A stretch of DNA of 64,000 bases from Bispira polyomma (lineage: Eukaryota), in contig OZ287755.1 of NCBI GenBank assembly GCA_965649765.1, positions 44,578,001 through 44,642,000 on the forward strand, given 5' to 3'. This document shows, piece after piece, positions 51,495-62,828 of this stretch; within the stretch, counting starts at the first letter, position 1; each line of letters starts with the position of its first letter. A model generated the notes under the pieces. The model was given only the letters and a program-made list of their open reading frames with translations. It was not told the DNA's origin and ran no database searches. A program made the position numbers and the translations under genes.

Positions 51495-51935
51495 GTAAGA
51501 ACATGGCAAACATCTGGATGATTAACCAAAGTATATAACGTCTTGCTGAATTTATTGAAAAAATATCAAGTATCAAGTTTTTGTCTTTACTTAAGATTAT
51601 TAACTGGTAAAGATTTATATTTATGTGTTTGCTTATCTGATGCTACTTTATTTCTTCAGTGGAACCCTGTTATATCGAATCGTAAGTGACCATAAAAAGT
51701 TGTTCTGCTTAAAAGAAATTCCACTTAACAGGGTAAATTTTGGTTAGAAATATAGCGATGGGACCCTACAATAACTAATGCTCAACATGTAATTCCACTT
51801 ATCACGGTTCTACATGAAGGGATTTAACTGTACTTGAGTATATCTATCCCCGATATTACTTGTCTCGGCCAACTTCCATTCCACAGGTTGACGATCCTAG
51901 TGTTATAGTAGATTCATTAGTGTTATATTTTGTAG

Positions 51936-52031
51936 GAACTCCACCCAGTGTTGCCGCTGATCGTAGAGAATCTATTTGGGTTTAACAACCAGGCAGGCTG
52001 GGGACTGGGTACAATACGGGCACAGTATCAG
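51936..52031 (+). CDS. SMPD4: SMPD4 homolog exon
   Basis: tttgtag|...|gtgagt; ELHPVLPLIVENLFGFNNQAGWGL; phase 0/0. Confidence 0.87.
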
Positions 52032-53029
52032 GTGAGTACATCTCTGTGTGTTGTATATGTGGATATTATAGCAAAAGATTATAGTTGAATTTTTGGCTGG
52101 GTTTTACATTGCTTTCAACAGCTTGGGTTACATTGCAACGGACAGATTTAAGTGTGGAAGAAACGAGTGCTGAAGAATTGTAAAACACTGACCTATGCAA
52201 GTTCCTGACAGACTTTTCCACTTGAATGAACAAACAGGATTCAAACCCACATTGATGAGAGGCCAGTGATTTGTAAAGCTAGCAAAAGAGAGGGCATTAT
52301 GTGGAAGACACATGTGTTTGTGGAATTTTTTCTATTTTTTAGAGGCTTAAGATAAAAAAAATACACAGCAAGATCATATTGAGATATGTACTTGACTAGA
52401 TATTTGCCATAGAAGTCTTAACTCTGAAGTTTTCAGTTGACCAGCTTAACTTTAAGGTTTTGCGTTATGACCTTTTTAAGTTAAAAGATGAATTGTTGAC
52501 ACCTCTTTATACCAAATTACCAAGCCAGACACTGTGTGTGCAAGGTATGTAATTGAGTCTGTGTGTCTATCTGATTGTCTTTGTATCTTTGTCAGTGTGT
52601 CCCTATCTGTATCTCTGGTGTAAAGCTAGTCCCTTTTTTCTACATTCCACATTGTCAGGTATTGTAGGTTGGTGGTATACACTGTGTCAGCACTGGTTTC
52701 ATCCACTGCTCAATCTGGTCCTCATGATCTAAGCTGTTGAGAAAAATTACGTTAAAACCCCAATTTTATCTACATTCTACAATTTTCATGGCATCTGGGC
52801 TAGTATGCTCGCACGTATACTGAGCTTGTACTCAACTCAATCCTGGATTCTCTGTATCTCTGTATACAGTAAACATATCTAAAATCTGACTTCATTTTTG
52901 AATTCAGTGTTGAAAGCTCTATTAAAATGAATGGTCACAAGTATAGGTTATTTCCAAGTACAATGATTTCCACATGGCCTCTATTTGAGTTGGGTATGAG
53001 TTTCAGCTGAGTATACATTTCAGAATACA

Positions 53030-53957
53030 GGCACTGGAGGTTAATAGATCCCGGTTGGACTAGGGGCTGTGTCTTTATCCCTCTGTCTGGGTGTGTTAAA
53101 CTAGTTCCTCTGTTCTACTTGCCAGGATTTCTATGACATGAGTTTACTAGATCCAAATGTGACTCTACTCTGGGCTGTGTCTTTGTTTCTGTGTGTGTTC
53201 CTGGGGAAATACATAAAAAGATTTTTAGTATCACTCTCACCTGGAAATATAAACGGATCATAATAATAATAATAAACTGCTAGACCCAGCTGTGTATGTA
53301 AGTGTAATGTGTGTGTAAGTTATATAAGTCCCCTTTATTCTACATTCCAGGATTTCCATGATATCAGGAGGTTACTGGGTCCAGGTTAGATTTGGGGCTG
53401 TGTGTCTCTGTATGTCTGTCTGTATGTGTATGTCTGTCTGTACGCTAACAAATTTAGATTAGATTAGATGTAGGTGTCTGTTGCAGTGTATGTATGTCAC
53501 TATTTTATAAGTCCCCTGTATTCTACATTTCAGGATTTCTGTGAAATCCGTAAGGTTACTAGATCGCAGTGGGACTCTACTCAGGCTGTTGCTGTGTATG
53601 TATCTGTCCTATAAGTCCCCTTTATTCTACTGGATAGTCCTCCAGGATTTCTGTGACATCCGTAAGGTTACCAGATCCATGTGGGTCTCTACTGGGCGGC
53701 TGTGTGTATGTCTGTATATGTTACAGTAAATATGTGAAATCAGTAAATATGCGTATTTACTGATTTTACATATTTACTGTAACATATATAAGTCCCTATG
53801 TTCTAACTTACAATTCCCCTTTATTCTACTTTCCAGGATTTCTGTGACATCCGGAGGTTCCCAGATCCAATGTTGGACTCTATTGGCGGCTGTGTGTATG
53901 CCTGTATATAAGTTCCTATGTTCTAACTTACAAGTCCCCTTTTATTCTATTTACCAG
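53030..53957 (+). repeat. Degenerate tandem copies of the acceptor and 5' half of SMPD4 exon 53958-54071
   Basis: cag|gatttc.gtgacatcc...tagatcc...ggctgt with the AG ending at 53125, 53350, 53533, 53645 and 53836. Confidence 0.88.
53715..53788. repeat. Near-perfect 74-bp palindrome (probably a collapsed TA-flanked MITE)
   Basis: tatatgttacagtaaatatgtgaaatcagtaaata / tatttactgattttacatatttactgtaacatata. Confidence 0.85.
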
Positions 53958-54071
53958 GATTTCCGTGACATCCGGAGGTTACTAGATCCAGGTGGGACTT
54001 TACTGGCGGCTGTGGACAAGCTATCCACTGATCCTTACCTCAGATATGAGTTCCCTGTGGCTTGTCTACCT
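53958..54071 (+). CDS. SMPD4: SMPD4 homolog exon
   Basis: ttaccag|...|gtaagt; DFRDIRRLLDPGGTLLAAVDKLSTDPYLRYEFPVACLP (LDPGG...FPV..LP); phase 0/0. Confidence 0.9.
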
Positions 54072-54889
54072 GTAAGTTCACTCAGTATGAAGGCTGAAAC
54101 TCTTGTGAGAATGTTACTAGAATTTACTGCAGGTTTAACTTAGCATATCAATTTAGTTTCATTGCAATTTTCTTTTAATTCTTGTGTGGAAAACCTGATA
54201 GTAATATAATATATGGCGACATTTTGTAGTCCAGCTAATAAGCAATGGCATTATAGAGTTATCAACAGGAGCTCTATATTTAATTTATGGGCAATATTTT
54301 GACAAGAAAGTAGTTCATAAACATACAACCACTATTATCTGAGTGTTGGGAGAGCAAGATTTAGTGTGGATAACAGAAGGTTTATAAAATAGAAGAGGTA
54401 TTTTAATATAAAAGAATGGGAAAATAATAATTTGGGTGAGTGGAAATAAGTTGAATATTCAGATAATAGAAGTTTTGGACAATGGAGGTTATACTCTAGT
54501 TATATACAATGGTACAATACCAGGTACTAGTTACTGACTTAATGTGGGGTACATGTTATGAGGTACCACATACTAATTGCAGTGTGATATTTGTTATAAA
54601 ATACCTGGAAATTTGGGAAAGTCGAAATTTGTTCATAAAATCGAATTTTCAGATGATAGAAATTGGAATAATAATAAAGGGTTTGTTCGACTGTGTGTTT
54701 TTAGTTTAGTTGGCCCTGCAGAAAGTCCCTGAAGAGAGTAGTGTATACTGTACAATAGAACCCTTGTTAAGATTAATCTGAAGGGACCATGCAAATGTCT
54801 TCTACTTAACAGACGTTCTACTTAACACGCTAATTTTTTATTAGAAATATAGCCATTGGACCTTAAAATATTGTCTGTATATTTTTTAG

Positions 54890-54992
54890 TTGCCCACACA
54901 GAAGCTGTTCGAGGAGGGCAGTGTACCTGTATTTTACAGTGATAAGCTTCAGCTCAACCAGACAGGCAGACCCCATGGCTTTCTGTCACTGA
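54890..54992 (+). CDS. SMPD4: SMPD4 homolog exon
   Basis: ttttttag|...|gtatcctt; LPTQKLFEEGSVPVFYSDKLQLNQTGRPHGFLSL; phase 0/1. Confidence 0.85.
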
Positions 54993-55853
54993 GTATCCTT
55001 TGTGGGTGTATTGTGTATTAGGTCTGTAAAAAGTACTAGAGTACTCGTTAAAGAATGGAGTAATGAACTATTTTAGTCTATTTGGAGAACAAAATTAGGA
55101 AAACAGTATGCTTTTCTTCTCAGATGTCAGCAGTGTTGCAAATATTGTCATAAAATTTCAAATGAGTCCTTGTTTATAACTGTTAAAAGAAAATCATTCA
55201 AATTCTGTCTATTTTGATGCTTAAAAGAGTACTCTTTAAAGGGTAGATTATTCGGGTAAAAAAATTTACTACTCTTTAACGCCCTATTGTGTATATCAGC
55301 ATGGTCACTGCTACAGTCAAACCGGTCTCCATTTCAATTATTGATTTGCGTTTTAATGAAAAATGCACTGCCACCATGTCAGTTGATTAAACGTTGGCTT
55401 TTCCTCTGTCCAGGTGACAGCACTTTCACCTATTTTTCTTTGGTTGATTAATTAATTGATTGGGGTTAAACTTCAATTGCAAAACATTATATAGGTGATA
55501 TCATGACGAGCAGTTTTACTGGTGGGGGAGAGTAGTGCATACTAAGTTGGTGAAAATTTAGTCATTGACAATTTATTGGTTGAGGAAACCACTGCTATTT
55601 GTACTGGATTTAACTTTGGTTGTAATATTATTTTGGGTTAACAAAACCCTCAGCTACTGCCCTTTTCTGATTTTGTGCAACGTAAAACTGCATGATGTGA
55701 TATAACAAAAAATAATGTGTTGAAAGTTATTGGTATACCCATAGTAAACTAAACAACAATGAAAATTGAGTGTATAAAATTACTAGAGGTTTGGATATAA
55801 TAAAAGGACAATCTACAGTACATGTCTTTTATTTCCTTAACTTGAGCCTCCAG
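54993..55853 (+). other. U12-type (minor spliceosome) GT-AG intron
   Basis: 5' GTATCCTTT; branch point TTCCTTAAC at 55833-55841, 12 nt before the exon; joined exons give L-N-A-F-E-Y-Y in frame. Confidence 0.92.
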
Positions 55854-55915
55854 ATGCATTTGAATATTACTTCTTTCACTTCTGCTACTTTTTGGTTGGT
55901 CCAGCGTTATCTAGG
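55854..55915 (+). CDS. SMPD4: SMPD4 homolog exon
   Basis: ctccag|...|gtgagt; (N)AFEYYFFHFCYFLV, compare the conserved NPFEYY; phase 1/0. Confidence 0.9.
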
Positions 55916-56463
55916 GTGAGTAATCCTTTAGAATCTGTTTACAGTAAAGGAATTGGCTGCATCTCTAAAGACACTATCAATTAAAACTTCACAAATGTAA
56001 ACCGCCAAGATGCCACAGTGCCTAAGAAAGGAAAAAAAGGATCCACCCTTCTGGGTTGTGCCATGAATGGTATGCCATCCGTCTCATATCTGTGTAAATC
56101 GGTTCAGTAGTTTTGTCTAACTCTCGTGACAAACTTTACACTTCAACCAATAAACACAGGCACAAACAATCACATCCTTGCCGCATGTAATATGTGTACA
56201 CAGTAGCCATGTTAAAATTGGTAGTAATATAGTTCTGACTAGCAAAAAATCTGTGCAAGAGGCACAGTTTTGCAGAGGTGGGGGTGGAGCTGACATTGTG
56301 TACACATAAAGGATGACGATGGCTGTGATGAAGTTGTATGTGACATTTAACACAATAGCAGAAGTTGCAGATGTTGTCTATATTATTAAATGTGATAGCC
56401 TTTTTTCCAGGAATCAAATAGTTCCAAATCTATTCCAGCCAGTGTTTTTTTCCCCCCTTTTAG

Positions 56464-56633
56464 ACCTCCGGTTGGACCAACCCTTCAGAATCTCTCTACC
56501 CAGTGCTACTAGAAGACTACTTGAAGTACTTCCTTCCTCTAAACGGTCAACCAGGTCCACCCGCGTTTGCAGCACAAAATCAGGGTGTGAAGACTCCGAT
56601 CTCACATTATCACTCACCATTACATGCACACAG
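56464..56633 (+). CDS. SMPD4: SMPD4 homolog exon
   Basis: ccccttttag|...|gtgagg; SLYPVLLEDYLKYFLP; phase 0/2. Confidence 0.87.
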
Positions 56634-56651
56634 GTGAGGATATATATGTTA

Positions 56652-57413
56652 CAGTTAATCTGTGTTATGAGGGATTTCATAAAATCCCTAGAAATTTCAG
56701 GGATTTCATGAAATTTCTGTTTCAGTCAGTGATTTCTCGAAATCCCTAAAATTTCCAGGTAGTTCGCGAAATCATTAAAATTTAAGCCAGGGATTTCATG
56801 AAATCCCTAGATGTGCTATAAAATATTATTATAGGCCCCCCCGGAGCCAGGTGGAGCCACTTTTAGTACCTCAAGGGAAAATTCAAAAATCAGTTATCAG
56901 CCTCTGATGAGATAATCCAATAAGATTTTCGAAATATGTACAAAGATACAAAGGTATATATAAGGCTTATTGTTGGAGAAGACAAATACACCTCTTTCTC
57001 ACACACATCATATCTTTCTTAATTGTACTATAAAATATATCAAGTGAAGTATTATGCAAAAAAAACAACCTTAATAGCTCAATACAATTTATTTTCATTT
57101 AGCTCAATACAATTTATTTTCATTTATTCAAACATCATTATTATAACATCAGTACTTATTTTTAAAATAATAAAGTACATACAACAAATGATACAAACAT
57201 ACAACTTTATAAAACTGTACTTGTGAAATGATTTATTATTGATAGAAATAATACATTACATTAAGTGTAAAAATGTACATTAAATTTCAGTGATTTCGCG
57301 AATTCCCTGGAAATTTTAGGGATTTCACGAAATCACTGACTGAAACAGAGATTTCATAAAATTCCTGAAATTTCTAGGGATTTCATGAAATCCCTGATTA
57401 CACAGATTCACTG
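56652..57413. mobile_element. Foldback/MITE element with ~130-bp TIRs and TA flanks
   Basis: TA|cagttaatctgtg...aaattta vs taaatttc...cacagattcactg|TA; arms built from gggatttcatgaaatccc motifs. Confidence 0.88.
56896..56970 (+). ncRNA. Candidate type I hammerhead ribozyme
   Basis: Stem I atcagcct/aggcttat; CTGATGA 56904-56910; stem II gataatc/gattttc; GAAA 56931-56934; stem III atatgtac/gtatatat; cleavage triplet AUA ending at 56962. Confidence 0.72.
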
Positions 57414-57559
57414 TAATATATACAGTGTATCCCGGTAGTAAGATAGAGAACCTCTATAGACCTGTTGGGAGAACACAAAATCTGTATGAGGGGCCACGGT
57501 GGTGGCCTAGTGGTTAGAAACGTTAGCTTCACAATCAGTGACCTATCATTAAAGTCGTT

Positions 57560-57935
57560 GATATAACAATGTTCTTGGTGTTAAGGCTTCTGAGACAAGG
57601 ATATAACAATGTTCTTGGTGCTAAGGCAACTGTTTTTTGAGACCAGGACATAACATTTTTAGTAGTAAGGCAAAACTCTTCTGAGACCAGGATATAATAA
57701 TGTTCTCAGTGCTAAGGCAAAACTTTTCTGAGACCAGGATATAACAATGTTCTTAGTGGCAAGAAAACAGTTTTCTAAGACCAGGATATAACAATGTTTT
57801 TTGTCGTAAAGCAAAAGTTTTCTGAGACAAAGATATTACAATGTTCTTGGTCGTAAACCTACAGTTTGTGAGACAAGGATGTTACAATGTTCTTATTGGT
57901 AAAGCAACAGTTTTCTGAGACAAGGATATAACAAT
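57560..57935. repeat. Intronic minisatellite, ~47-bp unit, ~8 copies
   Basis: ggatataacaatg at ~57599, 57646, 57690, 57737, 57784, 57831, 57877 and 57924. Confidence 0.9.
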
Positions 57936-57958
57936 GGTATTTTTTTTGTATTTTCCAG

Positions 57959-58133
57959 ACAATCTCCCAACACCTCAGGTCGTGCCTCTACTCCTGGCAG
58001 ATCTCCCTTTAGTGGTTTACTGCGAGTACAGAGAAATGCCTCCAGTAGTCAGATCAGCAGTGGCGCCACCTCACCTAGTAGTGTAGTGGACACTAGTGAC
58101 CAGGGAGGCTGGAGGTCTTGTGTCTTCTTACAG
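57959..58133 (+). CDS. SMPD4: SMPD4 homolog exon
   Basis: ttttccag|...|gtaaga; Ser/Pro-rich, ends WRSCVFLQ (compare WRSETLLQ); phase 2/0. Confidence 0.87.
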
Positions 58134-58145
58134 GTAAGAGAGGTG

Positions 58146-58510
58146 GGGGGCCTCATGTTTAGAAGCGTTAGCTTCATCACTGGTGTAATGTAGTGGACTT
58201 CAGTCCAATAATAGTTTACCGTTATTGTATGGGCTTAAAGTCCAAGGCCCTCTAGCTCAGACAAACGCAGTGACAATATGCTGGATGTATTGATTTTTTT
58301 TACTGTTCTTATAAAGCACACATGTTTGGTCTTCTATTCACATCTACAGTGTACATATATTACCTGTATATATTAAACTGGTCTCTCACCAATGTGGGTT
58401 AAATCCAGTGCTTCAGCAATGGTTTTGTCAAATCTTAAATCTGGCCATGGTGATATGACCTAAGCTATTGAAACTTGAAAGCAATGTGAAACCCAACTAA
58501 ATTCAAATTC
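58146..58510 (+). mobile_element. Degenerate tRNA-derived SINE with an internal insertion
   Basis: Head resembles 23484 and 57490; tail aaattcaaattc; flanked by an imperfect direct repeat. Confidence 0.55.
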
Positions 58511-58853
58511 TTACAGGTGAGGTGATAAATAAGACTTTAAAAAAAACAATTTTAATAAGTTGTTTAGTAGGGATGGTGGCATTTTTTGTCACTCGCCCAA
58601 ACCTAACTTTACTTGTCCGAAACTCCACAAAAGATCAAATGTTATATCTTTTGTATGTGGAAGCACATGTTGGTTTTGGAAACTAATGGTATTGATTTTA
58701 TTTCCAGTGCTAATAGAACTAATTTAATTATGCCTCTTACTTGACCATTCTTTATTCATCAGTAATATCTTATTTAATATCTGACACAATCAAGTAAGGC
58801 CTCAGTGGTGTAGACGTAAAGTTGCTTATTTTGTGTCCTATATTTATTTTCAG

Positions 58854-58922
58854 ATTCTGGTTGAATTCTGGTTAAATCATGTTGAAACTAGCCAAGACTG
58901 GTTCTCTTTACAGGCACAAAAT
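58854..58922 (+). CDS. SMPD4: SMPD4 homolog exon
   Basis: attttcag|...|gtaagt; ILVEFWLNHVETSQDWFSLQAQN (compare VFVEMWLHH); phase 0/0. Confidence 0.87.
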
Positions 58923-60192
58923 GTAAGTGTAAGTTTAATGTGGGTTTATCATAGAATGTATTAACTCAACGTTATTAATGTAACAATTATTTACACTTGA
59001 AAAATGCCAAAAAAATTGGAATTTTTGAAATAGAAATGTTAGGTAATATATTTAAATACACATTTTGGTGGGAGAGAAGTTGCTCTCAAATGTTTTAATT
59101 GCTATGATATAAAAGATGTACACAACCTTTTCAGCAGACTGGTAGGTGGTACCACCTTCATATTATTATGAAATAATTGTTTACTTAAATCACAAACTTG
59201 ATTATATAAATAAGTTATAATCAAATTCATTTACGTTTGTTATCTGAACAGCTAGGGAGAGGAGATATCTATTAGATAACAAGAGTGTGACATCTTTATA
59301 ACAAAATACTATAAGCGGTATTCACAAAAAGGGCTTAAGCTAAGTTTTTGTCTTCTAATTAGTGTACTTTTGTACTAGATTTTAGACAAGGTCAAATAAA
59401 TACATGACATTGTGGAAAATCTAAACCAACTCTATAAATACTGTGACAAATCTTTGGGATTGTGACAAATCAATGTTTAAACCCCTGGCCGTATTCACTA
59501 ACAGACTAAGTCAAATCTTAGGCTTAAATGTAGCACAAAGTATACTAATTTAAGCATCGGACTTGGCGAAGTCCCTCAGTGAATGCGGGCCCTGGTCACT
59601 TAATAAGGCTGTTGGAATTCTGCCAAGTGTGAGAAATGATTCTCTTTAAGGAGTATGTTCATGCAAGCTGCCACAAAGGGTGAGGAATCATTTTCGTAAC
59701 TAGTACAAAAATACAGTTCCTCAATTAAAGACTTGACGCTATCAGTAATATTTAATCTGTGATCAGTCATTAACAACATCGAAAACAAATCGAAATGTTC
59801 GATATGAAACCAGATCAGGCAGTTGTTTAAGCAAATTAATCATACCATGTTGTGGACATATTTATTAGGGTGAGTATTCACAAAAGGTCTTTGTCATAAC
59901 TTTGTGTTAGGCTTAACATATTTGCTTATTAACAGGACTAAGACCATAATCTTGACATTTTTGGCCAAAATCCAAATCTTTTGTGGCCAGTAATAATTAA
60001 GCGCCTCGTAAGGGCGCTTGTTTGTATATAGGAGAAAATTTATGCGTTTTTGGTCATGAGACTTCTCTGATTGGTCGAAATGTGATGACACCATATTGAA
60101 AAATTTTCCCTTGTATTGTATACAGGAGAAGATTCACGCAGAAGGGGCCGCCTTTTCTATTGGCTTCCTTTCAATTGCAAAGCAGTACTCTA

Positions 60193-60420
60193 GTTGGCTG
60201 TTTTGGTATTTTGTAGCCAGTAATAATTGGCTGTTTTGGTATTTTGTAGCCAGTAATAAGTAGTTGTTTTGGTATTTTGTGGCCAGTATTAACTGGCTGG
60301 TTGGGTATTTTGTAGCCAGTAATAATTGTTTTTTTTATGGTATTTTGTGGCCAGTAATAGCTTGCTGTTTTGGGTATTTTGTGGCCAGTAATAGCTGGTT
60401 GTTTTGGTATTTTGTTGTTA
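60193..60420. repeat. Intronic minisatellite, ~33-bp unit, ~7 copies
   Basis: gttttggtattttgt(a/g)gccagtaata repeated. Confidence 0.9.
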
Positions 60421-60427
60421 GTTTCAG

Positions 60428-60511
60428 AGAGAAAAGAGTGGTCTGTACCGAGTACACAACACTCACAACCAACACCATCCCATGTCTGATCCTTACCGGT
60501 ATATCATGTTT
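60428..60511 (+). CDS. SMPD4: Candidate symmetric (possibly alternative) SMPD4 exon
   Basis: gtttcag|...|gtaagt; 84 nt, open, phase 0/0 (REKSGLYRVHNTHNQHHPMSDPYRYIMF); no recognisable motif. Confidence 0.5.
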
Positions 60512-61607
60512 GTAAGTCACTGCCTGCATGTTACATCTTCACTGTCGCTAGTGCTCTCGGGAATTACTGAAACAGCCCAACTCCAGTTTTACCATATCCC
60601 CATGAGTAAAACCTCGGAAGTTAAATGTGAACAACCATGAAAACATGGCTCCGTTCTTTTAATTATATGTGCAATAAACTAGTAATATAAATCCATTTTG
60701 GTTAGGTTTAAGAATTCACTGCACAAGATGCGGCCATATTTGACAGTAGTTCTCCCTACTATCACTGTATATAAGCCAATTCAGCATTTCAAGTGCAAAT
60801 GTCCAACTCGGGATAAGTAATAGCATGTGTGAGTGGTAACTACAGAGTATGTCCAAATCTCGCAAATTTTGGGCAACTTCCTTCCACTTCAGATTTCAAA
60901 ATAAATTTAAACATTTACTATGAAGTACTTAATATATAGGCAATCTTGGTATCTACAGTTTTGGTGAGCGCTTCTTGATCACAAGTTAATTTTTTACAAT
61001 AATCGAATGTTACAACAATTAATTTACCAAAATTGGAATACGTGATCCGGTTTTAGTTAACTTTCAGTCGTTTGTTTATCCTGAACCTAAGCACACACAC
61101 AGCTATTTACACATGCGCACTAAAAATTCTGCATTGGCCTATTATAAGGGTTTAACGTTATATATATTCATACACCAAATCCAATATGGCCGTGCCCTGT
61201 TCATTGAATACTGTAGAAATTATCCCCTAATTTAAAAAATATATATATAAATTAGTATACACCATGATAAAAGTTGACTTTGTTTAAATTAAAATATAGC
61301 AAAAATGAAAATAGTTTGACAAGACTTTGCATCTAGGGAGAAATATGTGATTATAAATTAAACACAAGCTGTTAAAATTATTTCAGGGAGTGATTCTTGA
61401 GTTGGCCAGTTATGGACCGAGCACTAGTGGTCGGATTTGACCATTATATGTATAACCTTTGACCTCTTTAGGCTACTGCTATATATATATAATTTTATAT
61501 ACATTGTATAACTCAAACCTTTCACTAATAAACTCTCCTATGTTCACATTATTCTTGTGTATTTTTCTGTGGCGATTGTTGTAGTACATGTTATACACCA
61601 TTCTATG

Positions 61608-61823
61608 GGGCCGTATTCACTAAAAGTCTAAAGACTTATTCTCAAACTTAAGATTTTGTTCTTTCATGTGGTTCAAAAAGATTTTGGTCTTTGTCCTAGT
61701 GACAATAAGAAAAGATGTTTGGTTAGTGTTAATTTTGCTCTTAACACTAAAACTAACAATGGACAGTGTTAACTATTTTAGACATAACTCTTAAGACTAA
61801 GGTCAATTGTGAATATGACCCCT
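61608..61823. mobile_element. MITE with ggccgtattcac-type TIRs (relative at ~59487-59593)
   Basis: ggggccgtattcac ... gtgaatatgacccc. Confidence 0.6.
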
Positions 61824-61867
61824 GTACAGTAGAACATCTATTATCTGAACATCTTGAGGGAGTATAA

Positions 61868-62165
61868 TTAAATGTCCCTTAAAAAGGGCACTTAATTGGT
61901 TTTACCCCTAGTTTTCTCGCTGCCACCACCATGTGTGCCGCGCCGCATGGTCTTCCGTGAATATCTCCTTTAATGTTATCTGCATCAAAATTATTCTTGG
62001 CAGTTATCTTAACCAGGAATGGGAAAAAAAATTTAAATTCTTGGATTTGAACTTTGGCCTACTTGTATGTCAAGTGAATCCTGGGGGTATAAAAGTGCTT
62101 GTCACTAGGTTTTCTGAGAAAGTATTTGTCATAGCTCAATGAAATTTGGCATGTACCTTGGTAAG
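61868..62165 (+). mobile_element. 5' fragment of the Helentron-type element 1 family
   Basis: Colinear with 13217-13500. Confidence 0.8.
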
Positions 62166-62656
62166 TCAATATTCTGGTTTGATTTAGATAATGAAATGTT
62201 CATAACATACAGTTACCAGGGGCGTAGCCAGCGTTAACGCCAATACGCCCAAATGTACCAATTTAATGACAGGAAAAAAAGTTTAAAATTTATTTTTTTA
62301 ATAACATGAATCTATGTTAGTACTAAACCAAACAGAATAAAAAAAAAATTAATGATAGACCTGTCTTCCACGTCTATTAGGCCTCTATTGGCTGGATGTT
62401 AATATTGAATGTTGTTACCGAAATGTTTGAAAATCAATTGAAATTTCAGTGATAACATGTGACACGTTAACTAAAAAGATTGTAGTCTATTCTAGACTGA
62501 AATGTTTGGATATTAGATGTTATACTGCAGGCATTCTTGGTCAGTTACTTGTATAAACTCAAAAGGAATATAATCCATATATGCAGAACCTGAATGTGTT
62601 TTCTAATGTGGCTATTGTTCTGTAAGTGCACCATTTGTCTGTGTTAGTCTGTAGAC

Positions 62657-62828
62657 AGTAGACTCTCTATAAGTAGAACCAGTAGAAGTCGAATTTAGGT
62701 GTAAGTGGAACCAGTTTTGAGGTCCCAACTTCAGAAATGCTGTATTTTTGTAGGTATAATCGGAAGTTAGCCATAACTAGAACCAAATCCTGTGGATATT
62801 GGTGGTTCTAGTTATACAGAGTCTACTA
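62657..62828. mobile_element. pogo/Tc1-like MITE (similar elements at ~51657-51830 and ~63786-63943)
   Basis: cagtagactctctataagtagaacc ... ggttctagttatacagagtctacta. Confidence 0.65.

Noticed and set aside
56313-56711. 132-aa plus-strand ORF in the ORF track
   Set aside because: Wrong frame; the SMPD4-like peptide is in another frame bounded by splice sites at 56464-56633
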